Positions 22,079-33,401 of a stretch of DNA of 64,000 nucleotides are shown here, one piece after another. The translations under genes were made by a program, and so were the position numbers. The stretch is from contig CAVUVW010000023.1 in the NCBI GenBank assembly GCA_963745035.1, forward strand, positions 29,915-93,914, in the 5' to 3' direction. Within the stretch, counting starts at the first letter, position 1. Every line of letters begins with the position of its first letter. Below the pieces are notes generated by a model. It was not told the DNA's origin. It worked only from the letters and a program-made list of their open reading frames with translations, and made no database searches. The DNA comes from an uncultured delta proteobacterium. GTDB lineage: Bacteria > Desulfobacterota > Binatia > UBA9968.

Positions 22079-22900
22079 ATGGTGATACGCGAACTAAAAG
22101 ATGGTCGTTCTTACGTCAGCCTACAGGAAGATCACGCGGAACTCTCCGCACAATTCGCCGCCCACTGGGGCAACGGGCGCTTTTCACAACTCCGGCCCTA
22201 CAAGACGATGGTATTCGCTACGACCTATCATGATAGCGGCTATCGTGAATTCGAAGGCAATCCGCCGATCAACGCCGAGAAAGGCCGGCCCTACGCTCAT
22301 CGCGAAAGCATTCCGTCATTTGAAGCTACCGAGCTAAAGGCCTATGCAAACAACGTCGAATGGCTTTGTTCGCACGACCTCTACGCCGGCCTGATCGTGT
22401 CGATGCACCGCACCGGCTTATGGCACAACCGCTACAATGTCTTTACAAAACCTGCAGGCAATGTGCGCGAACGGAGCGTGGAAGTGCAAAACGCCAAAAA
22501 GGAGTTGGAAGCGAAGCAGGAAGACTATAAAAAATTGCTCGCCGCTAAAAATCCAGAGTTCGAAAACGAGCTTTCGTACAATTATCGGGCATTGCAAATC
22601 TTCGATCTATTATCGCTTTATTTTTGTTGTGACGGGTATGCATCTGAAAAGGAATTCAAGGAGTATACAATTGCACCGATCCGGATTGCCTATGACACTA
22701 ACGAAGAGGCGGAGCTGAAGATTACGCCCACTGGGCCCGGCTCGGTGAAAATGACCCCCTACCCGTTCGACGCAAGCCCGCTGCAGTTTTCAGTGCGAAC
22801 GAGGCTCATGACCCCGGCCAAAGGACAATCGGCCGAAGCCGGTCTTGAGGCATATCAAAAAGCCCCGCGGCAGTTACTGACATTCGAGGTTAATCGTTAA
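22079..22900 (+). CDS. DUF3891-like protein
   Basis: QEDHAELSAQFAAHWG, HDSG, SMH, DLLSLYFC. Confidence 0.75.
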   Translation: MVIRELKDGRSYVSLQEDHAELSAQFAAHWGNGRFSQLRPYKTMVFATTYHDSGYREFEGNPPINAEKGRPYAHRESIPSFEATELKAYANNVEWLCSHDLYAGLIVSMHRTGLWHNRYNVFTKPAGNVRERSVEVQNAKKELEAKQEDYKKLLAAKNPEFENELSYNYRALQIFDLLSLYFCCDGYASEKEFKEYTIAPIRIAYDTNEEAELKITPTGPGSVKMTPYPFDASPLQFSVRTRLMTPAKGQSAEAGLEAYQKAPRQLLTFEVNR

Positions 22901-22946
22901 TTTCGCTAAGCGGTCAAGCCAAGCCTCAACCGGAAGCAGGACGATT

Positions 22947-23027
22947 TCACCGCAGAGAACGCAGAGTACGCAGAGAAACAAATCCCATGAGAGCCAATCT
23001 CTGTGTCCTCTGTGCTCTCTGCGGTGA
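22947..23027. repeat. Palindromic CACCGCAGAG repeat element
   Basis: tcaccgcagagaacgcagagtacgcagag ... ctctgtgtcctctgtgctctctgcggtga between convergent genes. Confidence 0.75.
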
Positions 23028-23067
23028 CAAATTCTTTTTGCTTTTCTTACGTAGTGCCTGTCCATCC

Positions 23068-23708
23068 CTACTCATCATAGATCTCCACCCGAATCGCCTG
23101 TCCCCTGCCCGACTCCGGACATGCACTTGCCGCAACTAAACAATCCATCTCAGCACGAAAATCTACATGGGCCTCGTCCTTCGGCCTGATCATCGTGTCG
23201 TACATGATTCCCGTGTCCGGATCGATGCGCATGCATTGGAAGATGTTAAATGGACTTGGGATGTCCTCGGGCGCTATCTTCCAATCCTTTAGCGCGTTAC
23301 TGAGGTTCTCAAAACAACCATGATCCGGGAATTTCTTGCGGGTGCTTTGGGATTGATATCAACACCTTCGGCGAAAACGCGTTTTGGCTTGCCTTGTGCC
23401 ACCATCTCAAAACGGTTGCGGCTGCACATGCCCTTCTGCAGATCGTGCCGTCCTTCGGTAAATGTGTCTTCGACAATGGTCAGCATCGGATTGTTGCGCT
23501 TGGAAAAAAGGACGTCGCCGGTGCTGATAAAAATTTTGACTTGATTGGTCTTGGTCCGTGCCTGATCGAAGCGTTCGGTCAAGTCGTCAAAATTGAACGC
23601 GACAAAGTCTACGATACTTTTTCCGGCGATACGGAGTCGCTGTCCTTTCTTGACGACATAGGCCCGACCGGAGTTCTTGGGAATATGATCACTCTTTAAA
23701 ACCGCCAC
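23068..23708 (-). CDS. DUF1989 / urea carboxylase-associated family (frameshift ~23330)
   Basis: VKKGQRLRI, ERFDQART, HDLQKGMC, then HGCFENL, DIPSPFNIF. Confidence 0.8.
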
Positions 23709-23991
23709 TCTGCTCTCCTTCGACACACGCCTGCCAAGCAACGCAAGTCTTTCATGATGTTCTTATTATTGTCAATAAAGCGTGCGCTTCATTGTAGGTC
23801 CAAAGGTGACTAGAGGCGCCATAATCGCCGCTCAGGGGCGAGGCTCAACTCGTAAACTAGTCAGTGACCCATAACTCGAGGGAGATGCTGCTTCGCCAGA
23901 CAACAGATTCGCCCCGGCCTCACTGGATTCCGGCATCTCAATTGCCGATAATTTAAGTGGGAAGACTAACCCCAATAAGGAGGAACCGAGC

Positions 23992-24339
23992 ATGGCTGAA
24001 ACAAGCATTACCAAAGTAAACGCAAAATCTTCTCCCAAAGGTGCCATGGGCCAGAAGTATCTTGCTTCCGGCGTAAGCATGGCGATGCGCTTGTGGGAAG
24101 ACGAACAACCGGGCCAGGAAAAACCTGCAAGCCAGCGCGATTACGAAACGGTCGGCTACGTTATCAAGGGAAGGGCCGAATTGCATCTGGGCGAACAGCT
24201 CGTGCTGTTAGAAGCCGGCGACTCTTGGGTTGTGCCGCGCGGCGCTCGCCACAGCTACCGGATCCTTGAATCTTTCACGGCCGTCGAAGCCACCCATCCA
24301 CCGGCATTTGTTCACGGTCGAGATGAAAAGGAGCGTTAG
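23992..24339 (+). CDS. Cupin domain protein
   Basis: GQKYLASG, YETVGYVIKGRAEL, GDSWVVPRGARHSY; AAGGAGG RBS. Confidence 0.88.
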   Translation: MAETSITKVNAKSSPKGAMGQKYLASGVSMAMRLWEDEQPGQEKPASQRDYETVGYVIKGRAELHLGEQLVLLEAGDSWVVPRGARHSYRILESFTAVEATHPPAFVHGRDEKER

Positions 24340-24523
24340 CCGAGGCGGGACAGTGCGAACTTGTCCCAACCTGAATAATTGATGGTGTCGCGCCATATCT
24401 ATCTCCGTCGACGATCGCACCAATGATTTCGAGTTAGCTTACCTCACGCCTTGAGTGGGATCGATTGGTTCGCTGTGCAGATCGATAAACGTCGCCTGTG
24501 CACCGGCCCGGTGACCGACGGCA

Positions 24524-25706
24524 ATGAAAACTTCCACCGACGCCACTACTCAAGCTCTGGTCTTCTCAGTCGTCGCCGCGGGTTTTACGACGATCTACAT
24601 CACCCAACCGGTACTACCAGTTATCCGGGATGAATTCGGTGTAGACGCTAACAACCGCTTCTTTAACCGTGTCGATGGTCATCTTGGGGATCGCGCTGGC
24701 GAATCTTCCCTTCGGCATGCTCGCCGACCGCTCAGCGATCAAGCCGATTATCCTAGCCGGCGGAACCGTCGTGAGCGCCGCCAATCTCTTTTGCGCGGTT
24801 ACCGACAGCATTGTAGGGCTGATCATAGCGCGATTCGTGCAAGGCCTATTTATTCCTTCCCTGACCACGTGCATCGCCGCCTACCTGGCACGAAGCCTAC
24901 CGATTGCGCGGCTTAATGTCGCGATGGGATCTTACGTAGCCGCCACAGTGGCGGGAGGACTGGGCGGTCGGCTGCTCGGCGGCTGGATTCATCCACCACT
25001 ACATTGGCGTTACGCATTTGTCAGCGCGGCCGCACTGCTGATCCTGGCTTCCATTGCCGCGTTGATTTGGCTGCCGGAAGAAAAGGCCAATGTGCAGGAA
25101 CCGCAGCAGATCGGCTTCAGCGAGTTGCTTGTGCAGCCCGGGCTGGTTCGCATGCTCGTCGTTGGATTCGGCGGATTTTTCGTCTTCTCGTCGACTTTTA
25201 ATTACCTGCCCTTTTATCTGTCGAGTCCGCCGTTCTCGGCGCCGACTGAAGTCATCACTCTTGTTTATCTGGCGTATTTAGTCGGCCTTGTAATGGGGCC
25301 TTTATCCGGCCGGATTAGCAACCAGATCGGCAGCGGCGCGACCATGATCGGTGGATCTCTCGTATTGATTGCCGCCGTGGCGGCTACCCTGATTCAATCG
25401 CTAGCGGTGATTGCGACAAGCCTGGTTGCTCTCTGTGCCGGCTTTTTCTCCGTCCACTCCGCCGCCGTTGGCTTGCTGAACCGAAGATTGATTACTAGCC
25501 GGGGCCGTGCCAATTCCCTGTACGTTCTGGCATATTACATTGGCGGTGCGGTAGGAATTACCGCTTGCGGCTACACGTATAATAGATTTGCCTGGTCCGG
25601 TGTCGTGGCGTTGAGCATAGCCGTGCTGCTGTTGCCATTGGCGATCGGCCTAGTCGAAATCATGCAGGAACGCAAGCAGCATAGCTGGGTCAAGAGTTTG
25701 ACATAA
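24524..25706 (+). CDS. MFS transporter, YnfM-like (frameshift ~24650)
   Basis: YITQPVLP, GMLADR, ARFVQG, GGLGGR, FNYLPFYL, ANSLY. Confidence 0.85.
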
Positions 25707-25844
25707 GGTCAGCAAGACGAGTTCGTTCCGAACGCCTCGGCTAGTCGCCTTTAACCCTGCACATAATTTTTACAGTGCGCGCTGAGCAGCTCTAATTTAG
25801 GTAGTGGTTCATTTGTGGTTTCTTGAATCGTACCCTCGGGAAAG

Positions 25845-25936
25845 ATTCCTCGCGGAGTTTATCCTGAGTCCCACCGAAGGACTCGGAATGACATCAAAAT
25901 ACGCGAGCTGTCATCTCGAACGAAGTGAGAGATCTT
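25845..25936. repeat. REP-like intergenic palindrome (GGAATGACA/TGTCAT type)
   Basis: agattcctcg...gagtttatcctgagt...ggaatgaca...tgtcatctcgaacgaagtgagagatct. Confidence 0.55.
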
Positions 25937-26022
25937 TCTTTAAATGAACCACCACCCTAATTTTGCTGCATTGAAATTCCAGCAGCCAGTCAATATGATC
26001 GTCTCATTGAGCAGGAGGCACT

Positions 26023-27495
26023 GTGGACACGATTTATTTCGTCGACACCACGATCCGCGACGGTCATCAAAGCCTGTGGGCGGAGAACATGACCACTGGC
26101 ATGATGTTACCAATCGCGAAGAACATGGACGCGCCGGGTTTGAAGGCATCGAACTGATTTCCGGCTCGCATCTCAAGAAAACCGTGCGCGAGCTCAAGGA
26201 GGATCCCTGGGAGCGGGTCAGGCTCGTTGCCAAAGAAATTACCCAAACGCCGCTGCGGGTCATCGCCGGCCGGGTCAACACTTTCGAATACAATCCGCCT
26301 TCCATGTACTGGCTCTTCATCGAGCGAATGTTTGCCAACGGCATTCGCGAAGCGCGCATCTCCGATGAATGGAACGATTACGAAGGATGGAAATTTCGAG
26401 TCGGCGTCTGCCATGCCGTGGGCATGAAGACTATTTTAAATCTGATCTATTCGGTGTCGCCGAAACACACCGACGAATATTTCGCCGAACGGACCCGCCA
26501 AGCCGCGTCGCTTAAACCCTATCGTCTATGCCTCAAAGATCCCGGTGGACTGTTGACTCCCGAACGCATGCAAACGCTCGTGCCGATAATTTTCAAGAAT
26601 GCGGACGGAATCCCCGTCGAGCTCCATACTCACTGCACCACCGGATTGGGCCCGCTTTGCTGCATCAAAGGCATGAAGCTCGGTATTCGGTCCATCAATA
26701 CCGCGCTGCCGCCGCTGGCGGACGATACCTCCAATCCTTCCCTGTTCAATGTCGCCAAAAACGCCCGCGCTTTGGGCTATGCCACAGCCATCGACGAAGA
26801 AGTCTTGAAGCCGGTATCGAAAACACTTTACCGCCATCGCTAAGCGAGAAGGCTTTACCATCGGCGCGCCGGTGGAATACGACTACACCCAGTACCAGCA
26901 TCAGGTTCCGGGCGGCATGCTTTCCAACCTGCGTCACCAATTGCGTAAGGTCGGCCTGGAACACCGATTCCCGGAGGCGCTTGAGGAATCGATCCGAGTG
27001 CGCGCGGAGTTCGGCTATCCGATCATGGTGACGCCGCTTTCGCAGTTCGTCGGCAGCCAGGCGGCGATCAATGTTATCGTTGGCGAGCGCTATAAAGAAG
27101 TCACCGACCAGGTGATCAAGTTCGCTCTCGGTCATGCCGGCGCGGAAGGCGCCCGCGACATGGACCCGAACGTCAAGGCCAAGATTCTCGATCGTCCTCG
27201 CGCCAAAGAATGGGCGCGCTGGCAGCCCGATGATCCGAGCGCCGACGACATGCGCAAGCGGCTCGATGCGGTAGGCGTTTCGGATGAAGAACTGTTGCTA
27301 CGCTGGATCGTCGGCAAAGAAGACATCGACGCCATGCGCGCCAATCCGCGCCCGCTGGAATATCTGAATTCCGAACAGCCCCTGGTCAACCTGCTTCAGG
27401 AGTTATCCAAGCGTACCGACAGCCGTCAGATACACGTGCAAACACCTGCCTTCTCAATCACCCTGGAGAAGCGCGCCGAGACACGGCCATTGTGA
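26023..27495 (+). CDS. Pyruvate carboxylase B / oxaloacetate decarboxylase-alpha-like carboxyltransferase, copy 1 (two frameshifts)
   Basis: DTTIRDGHQSLW, EDPWER, LKDPGGLL, ELHTHCTTG, HQVPGGM, YPIMVTPLSQ; no biotinyl domain. Confidence 0.85.
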
Positions 27496-27672
27496 TTCGT
27501 GTTCGTGGCTCGTGTTCGTTAACTCGGAACCGGTTGCTCGATTCCGCATCCATCGGCTTCGATGAGAGCACGCCGGCTGGTCTGTTGAAACCAGCCAGCA
27601 GCAGTGCCATAAGAAGGTAATTAAATTTTTTTGCCCGCAGTTGAGACGAGCAAACAAGGAGGATAGCAGATT

Positions 27673-28530
27673 ATGGCTAGAGACATCGTCGCCATCGACG
27701 TTCATATTCATCTTTCCGACGAAACCACACAGAAAGCGAAAGGCTCGCGCACCGCGCAAATGGCCAAATACTTTGGTCGTGAACGACCGCCGGTCTCCAT
27801 CGATGAGTTGGCCGATCAGTATCGCGCGCGCAAAATGATGGCGGTGCTGATGAATACGCGAGACGAGACCGTCACCGGCTTAACCCCGGTGCCCAACGAT
27901 CATGTCGCCAGTGCCGTCAAGAAACATCCTGACGTGTTCCTCGCCTTCGGCGCCATCGATCCTTGGACCGGCAAGCTGGCCCTGGATGAGATTCGTCGAT
28001 GCAAAGACTTGGGACTGCACGGCATGGGCGAGCTCAATCCGGCACGGCAACATTTTTTCGCTAACGACGTTCGCTTCTACCCGCTCTGGGAGGAATGCGC
28101 CAAGCTGAATATGCCGATTCTATTTCACGGCGGTATGGCGGCGGCAGGAGCCGGCACGCCGGGAGGCATGGGCATCAAACTAAAATACAGCCAGCCGATT
28201 TATCTGGACGAAGTCGCCGCCGATTTTCCCGAGTTGAAGATCATCAGCGCCCATCCGACCTGGCCGTGGACGGCGGAGAGTCTGGCGATCGCGCGCCACA
28301 AGGCCAATTACTTTATCGACCTGTCCGGTTGGGCGCCGAAATATTTCCCTGCCGAGCTACTGCATAACATCAACACTTTGCTTCAAGACAAGGCGATGTT
28401 CGGTTCAGACTGGCCGGCCATCGGCGTGGAGCGCTGGCTGGAGGAATTTCAGCAGGTCAATATGAAGCCGGAAGTGCGCAAGAAGATTATGCTCGATAAC
28501 GCAGTGAAGTTCTTCGGCTTAACTCTGTAG
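27673..28530 (+). CDS. Amidohydrolase_2 family protein
   Basis: IDVHIH, ILFHGG, AHPTWPW, IDLSGWAPKYF, FGSDWP. Confidence 0.9.
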   Translation: MARDIVAIDVHIHLSDETTQKAKGSRTAQMAKYFGRERPPVSIDELADQYRARKMMAVLMNTRDETVTGLTPVPNDHVASAVKKHPDVFLAFGAIDPWTGKLALDEIRRCKDLGLHGMGELNPARQHFFANDVRFYPLWEECAKLNMPILFHGGMAAAGAGTPGGMGIKLKYSQPIYLDEVAADFPELKIISAHPTWPWTAESLAIARHKANYFIDLSGWAPKYFPAELLHNINTLLQDKAMFGSDWPAIGVERWLEEFQQVNMKPEVRKKIMLDNAVKFFGLTL

Positions 28531-28537
28531 AACAGAT

Positions 28538-28620
28538 TGGAGTGATGGAGTACTGGAGTATTGGAGTGCTCGGGCTCGGATAATCTCAAAACCATTACTC
28601 CAGCACTCGATTACTCCGAT
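28538..28620. repeat. TGGAGTA/TACTCCA palindromic repeat element
   Basis: tggagtgatggagtactggagtattggagtg ... cattactccagcactcgattactcc; second copy at 45911-45977. Confidence 0.75.
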
Positions 28621-28630
28621 TCATACGGCG

Positions 28631-30107
28631 ATGACTACTAACAACGACATCAAATTCGTCGATACCACAATCCGCGACGGCCATCAGAGCCTGTGGGCGG
28701 AAAATATGACCACCGGCATGATGCTGCCGGTGGCAGAGCGCATGGACCACGCGGGCTTCGATGCCATCGAATTGATCTCCAGTTCCCATTTGAAAAAGTG
28801 CGTGCGCGAGCTCAAGGAAGATCCATGGGCGCGGGTGAAGTTAATGAGCGAGCGCATTACGCGCACGCCCTTGCGGCTGAACGCCGGACGCTTCAGCGCC
28901 TTCGACATTACGCCAAAGTCGATGTACCGGCTGTTCATGGAACGCATGGCCGCTAACGGCATTCGCGAGGCGCGGATTTCCGAAGAGTGGAACGAGCTGG
29001 AAGGATGGCGCTGGAAAACTGAAGTCGCCCGAGAAGTCGGCATCAATCCTGTTCTTAACCTGATCTATTCGGTATCGCCCAAACACACCGATGAGTATTT
29101 CGCGCAAAGGACACGCGACGCCGCCTCACTTAAAGTCAACCGGCTGTGCCTTAAAGATCCCGGCGGCTTGCTCACGCCGGATCGGGTCAAAACTCTAGTG
29201 CCGATCGTGTTTGAAAACGCCAATGGCATCCCTGTCGAGTTGCACACCCACTGCACGACGGGGCTCGGCCCGCTTTGCTGTGTGGAAGCGGTCAAGCTCG
29301 GGATAAAGATCGTCAATACAGCTTTGCCGCCGTTGTCGGACGGTTCCTCGAATCCTTCGCTTTTCAATGTGGCAAAAAATCTCCGTGCGTTGGGCTATCA
29401 GACTCTCATCGATGAGGAGCTCTTGAAACCGGTTTCCCAACACTTCACTTTCATCGCCAAGCGCGAAGGGTTTCCCGATCGGCACTCCGGTGGAATATGA
29501 TTACACCCAGTATCAGCATCAAGTGCCGGGCGGAATGATTTCCAATCTGCGCCATCAGCTGCGCAAGGTCGGACTAGAGCACAAGATCGACCAAGCCCTG
29601 GAAGAGACGATGCAGGTACGCGCCGAGCTGGGCTATCCGATCATGGTGACGCCGCTGTCGCAGTTTGTCGGCAGCCAGGCCGCCATCAACGTCATCGTCG
29701 GCGAGCGGTATAAGGAAGTCACCGATCAAATCATTCAATACGCTCTCGGTTACTGGGGGCGCGAAGGCGCTGAGTTGTTGGATCCTGACGTCAAAGCGAA
29801 AATATTGGATCGGCCGCGTGCCAAAGAATGGGCTCAGTGGCAACCGCCTGAACCGACAGTGGCCGAAGTGCGCAAGAAAATGAACGCCGAAGCTGTTTCC
29901 GACGAAGAGTTACTGTTGCGCTGGAATCTGAGCGTCGAAGAGATCGAAACCATGCGCGCCGCCGGCGCACCCAAGGAATACCTGACGGCGCGCCAGCCGC
30001 TGGTAAATTTAATCGATGCCTTAAGCAAACGAAGCGATTACCGCCAAATCGTCATCCAGAAAGGCGAAATGGTTGTTTCCTTGAACCGAGGCTCTGCTCC
30101 AGGTTGA
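28631..30107 (+). CDS. Carboxyltransferase-like paralogue, copy 2 (frameshift ~29475)
   Basis: Same motif set as copy 1; no biotinyl domain. Confidence 0.85.
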
Positions 30108-30223
30108 GCACTGCCTTCCTTCCGGAGAACTCTTTGGTTGTTCGTAGATTGTGAATGAATTGAGCCGGCGTTTAGTCCTTCTCTTCACGACCACGATCAC
30201 GTTTCACGAACACGATTGAAGCC

Positions 30224-30589
30224 ATGGAACGTTTTTTTTTCACCGCTGGTTCACTCGCAGCATTTTTGGGCGTGGCGCTCGGCGCCTTTGCCGCGCATGG
30301 GTTAAAAACCCGGCTTACACCGGACATGCTCGATATTTTTGAAACCGGCGTCCGCTATCAGATGTACCATGCGTTCGGACTTTTCATCGTAGCCTGGGCA
30401 TCATCGCGCTGGCCGGAAAGCAATTTCAATGCAGCAGGCTGGTGCTTCATTGTCGGCATCCTGGTTTTTTCAGGAAGTCTTTACGTTCTGAGTTTAACCG
30501 GCGTTCGCTGGCTTGGCGCGATCACACCCGCCGGCGGTGTCGCCTTTCTCATCGGCTGGGCCATCCTGGTCTGGACCAGCGCGCGCTAG
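30224..30589 (+). CDS. DUF423 membrane protein
   Basis: GAFAAHGL, FETGVRYQMYHA, FSGSLY, GAITP. Confidence 0.9.
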   Translation: MERFFFTAGSLAAFLGVALGAFAAHGLKTRLTPDMLDIFETGVRYQMYHAFGLFIVAWASSRWPESNFNAAGWCFIVGILVFSGSLYVLSLTGVRWLGAITPAGGVAFLIGWAILVWTSAR

Positions 30590-30690
30590 TCGTACTCCGG
30601 ACTTCGTCAGTTCAACTGTTCAACCGTTCAAAAGTTCAAAACTATGCTGGCGCGCGAGACCTTGCTGACGTTTAGTGAAAGACGCTTTCA

Positions 30691-30816
30691 GCAGGCTGCT
30701 CAAAAGGATCTCAGAGGCAAGGCGCGCGAGTTCGATGGGCTGAGGCGTACGTTCCAGTACGTTGAAGCGAGTCGGGCAAGCGCAACGAAGCATATGAGTC
30801 CTTTTCAGCAGCCTGC
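30691..30816. repeat. MITE-like element with terminal inverted repeats
   Basis: gcaggctgctcaaaaggatctca ... tgagtccttttcagcagcctgc; related ends at 41220-41427. Confidence 0.7.
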
Positions 30817-30867
30817 CACTGAAGCGCTACGTTGACTCTCCACATGCCTTAAAGTACCTTGCACGTG

Positions 30868-31986
30868 ATGATCATCGGCGTGCCGAAAGAGATCAAAACA
30901 GAAGAAAATCGCGTCGCAGTCACACCCACCGGTGTAGCCGGCTTCACCTCTCGCAATCATAAAGTGTTGGTCGAAAGAGGGGCCGGCGTAGGCAGCGCGC
31001 TCAGCGATCGCGCCTACGAGAGTGCCGGCGCGACGCTTGTCGACTCGGCAAAACAGGTATGGGAGCAGTCCGACTTGGTCATGAAGGTTAAAGAGCCGCA
31101 GGCTTCGGAATTTCCCTGGTTGCGTCCAGGCCTGATTCTTTTCACGTATCTTCATCTCGCCGCCGAAGAAGCAGTCACGCGCGCGCTGCTCGATCGAAAG
31201 ATAACGGCAATTGCGTACGAAACGATTCAACTCGAAGACGGTTCGCTGCCGCTGTTGACGCCGATGAGTGAAATCGCCGGGCGCCTTTCCATCCAAGTAG
31301 GCGCCTGGTGCTTGCAGGCGGAGAACAGCGGGCGTGGCGTACTTCTCGGTGGCGCCTCCGGCGTGCGTCCGGGAAAAGTCGTCATCCTTGGCGCCGGTAT
31401 CGCCGGAACCGCAGCTTGCCAGGTGGCCACGGGCATGGGCGCATACGTCAGCATCCTCGATATCAATCCAACCAAGCTGCGCTATGTGCGCGACATGCTG
31501 GGCGGCCACGTCACAACTTTAATGTCCAATCGCGCCAATGTTGAAGAAGAAGTGCTCGATGCCGATCTGGTGGTCGGCTCGGTGCTGATTCCCGGCGCCA
31601 AAGCGCCCAAGCTTATTTCTCGCTCGCTGGTGTCGCGTATGAAGCCCGGCGCGGCGTTCGTCGATATAGCCATCGATCAGGGCGGCTGTGCCGAAACGTC
31701 CCGCCCAACGACACACCGGCAGCCGATTTATGTCGAAGAAGAAGTCGTCCATTACTGCGTGACCAATATGCCGGCCATCGTTCCGCATACTTCAACCTAT
31801 GCACTGACGAACTCAACGCTCTCCTATGGTCTAGAGCTCGCCAATCGCGGTTTTCCTCAGGCGCTGGCGCGGAATCGAGCTTTGGCCAAAGGTCTCAACA
31901 CCTTTGCCGGTAAAGTGACGCATGAAGGAGTCGCGGCGGCATTCAACCTTCCTTTATTGCCGGTCGAGGAGGTCGTTCGGGCATGA
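30868..31986 (+). CDS. ald: Alanine dehydrogenase
   Basis: IGVPKEIK..ENRV, KVKEP, FTYLHLA, MSEIAGR, DIAIDQGGC, HYCVTNMP. Confidence 0.95.
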   Translation: MIIGVPKEIKTEENRVAVTPTGVAGFTSRNHKVLVERGAGVGSALSDRAYESAGATLVDSAKQVWEQSDLVMKVKEPQASEFPWLRPGLILFTYLHLAAEEAVTRALLDRKITAIAYETIQLEDGSLPLLTPMSEIAGRLSIQVGAWCLQAENSGRGVLLGGASGVRPGKVVILGAGIAGTAACQVATGMGAYVSILDINPTKLRYVRDMLGGHVTTLMSNRANVEEEVLDADLVVGSVLIPGAKAPKLISRSLVSRMKPGAAFVDIAIDQGGCAETSRPTTHRQPIYVEEEVVHYCVTNMPAIVPHTSTYALTNSTLSYGLELANRGFPQALARNRALAKGLNTFAGKVTHEGVAAAFNLPLLPVEEVVRA

Positions 31987-32973
31987 GATTAGTCACACGG
32001 GCGGACTTCGATGGACTGGTCTGCGGCGCGTTGCTAACGAAGTTCGAGCCCATCGATTCGTATCTATTCGTCGAGCCAAAATTCATGCAGGACGGCTTAG
32101 TCGATATTCGCGCAGGCGATATCATCGCCAATCTGCCCTACCATCCAAACTGTACTCTCTGGTTCGATCACCACATCACCAACACAACGCCGGATTTTCG
32201 CAATCCGATTATGCTCGGTAAAGGCGGGTTTCGTTTGGCGCCGAGCGCGGCCCGCGTCGTTTATGAGTACTACACAGAATTGGGCATGACGCACGACGGG
32301 GCCGATTGTCGCAGGGGCGGCGCAGGCTACTGCTGCGCCTGACTCCTGCGAGATGCTGCAGTTCTTGAATACCGACCGTATCAAATATCTGCTCCACGAA
32401 ACCGACCGAATCGATGCCGGCAAGCTGGAGCCGCAAGATGTACTGGATCCTCAGGGCTATGTGCTGATTTCCATGACCACTGATGGGCGAAACGCCGGCG
32501 ATGAGCCCTACTGGCTGAGAATTATTGAATTACTGCGTGACGCTTCGCTGGAAGAAGTCTTGAGCGATCCGGAGGTCAGCCGGCGTTGCCGGCAGATTCG
32601 TGACGAGCAGGAACAACTACGAAAAATATTGCTCGCAAGAACGACGCTTAAAGGTAACGTGATCTATGTGGACGTGCGCGGCATCGAGGAGATCCCGGAT
32701 GGCAATCGGTTTTTGATCTTCACTCTGTTCCCGCAAGGCAATATTCAAGTCAAGGTCGCTGATGACAAACAAAGAGAAAACACGACGAGCATTTCGGTTG
32801 GCTATAATATCTTCAACACGACTTCCAACGTAAATGTCGGCGAACTGTTGAGTCATTACGGCGGCGGTGGGCATAGAGTCGTCGGCTCCTGCCGCGTTCC
32901 CAACGAGCAAGCTGAGCAAGCGATTCGTGAGATCCTCGCCGCGGTGACCGAGTCGGAAGGCGATAAGCATTAG
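31983..32973 (+). CDS. DHH-family phosphoesterase/exopolyphosphatase-like (frameshift ~32310)
   Basis: RLVTRADFDGL, FDHH, APSAARVV, GGGGH. Confidence 0.82.
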
Positions 32974-33053
32974 GCGACAAGTTTAAACCGTGCCGCGTTG
33001 CCTCTCTAATTAAGTGAGTCGCCTAGTGGCTATTGCCTATTTGCCCAAACGCA

Positions 33054-33383
33054 ATGAGAATCGTTAAGATATCAGCGGCGCTTAAGCGTTTAAGAAAGAT
33101 CAACGACGAAATCCGCTATGCAAGCTGTGTTGAAGAAAAAAACTTCACCAGCGGCCTGATCGCTTTCAAACGGACAAAGAAGTCGAACCCCAAGCAGATC
33201 ACCCACGACGATAAGGACGTCGTTTGCCATGTACTGCAGGGTTCCGGCAGGTTGATTGTTGACCGGCGTCGTTTTCAGCTTCGTCCAGGTACGGTATGCC
33301 ACATCCCTAAAGGAACGCCGCACGATTTCGCTGCCGGAATGAGCGGCGAACTCGTGCTTTTCTACTCGTTAATAAAAAGCTGA
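33054..33383 (+). CDS. Small cupin protein
   Basis: HDDKDVVCHVLQGSG, HIPKGTPH. Confidence 0.75.
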   Translation: MRIVKISAALKRLRKINDEIRYASCVEEKNFTSGLIAFKRTKKSNPKQITHDDKDVVCHVLQGSGRLIVDRRRFQLRPGTVCHIPKGTPHDFAAGMSGELVLFYSLIKS

Positions 33384-33401
33384 TGAAACTCAACTCCCGA
33401 C

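Noticed and set aside
26815-29490. Similar-position frameshifts in both carboxyltransferase paralogues (programmed frameshift?)
   Set aside because: Sites are about a dozen codons apart (extra A in tcgaaaacac vs extra C in ttcccgat) with no shared slippery motif
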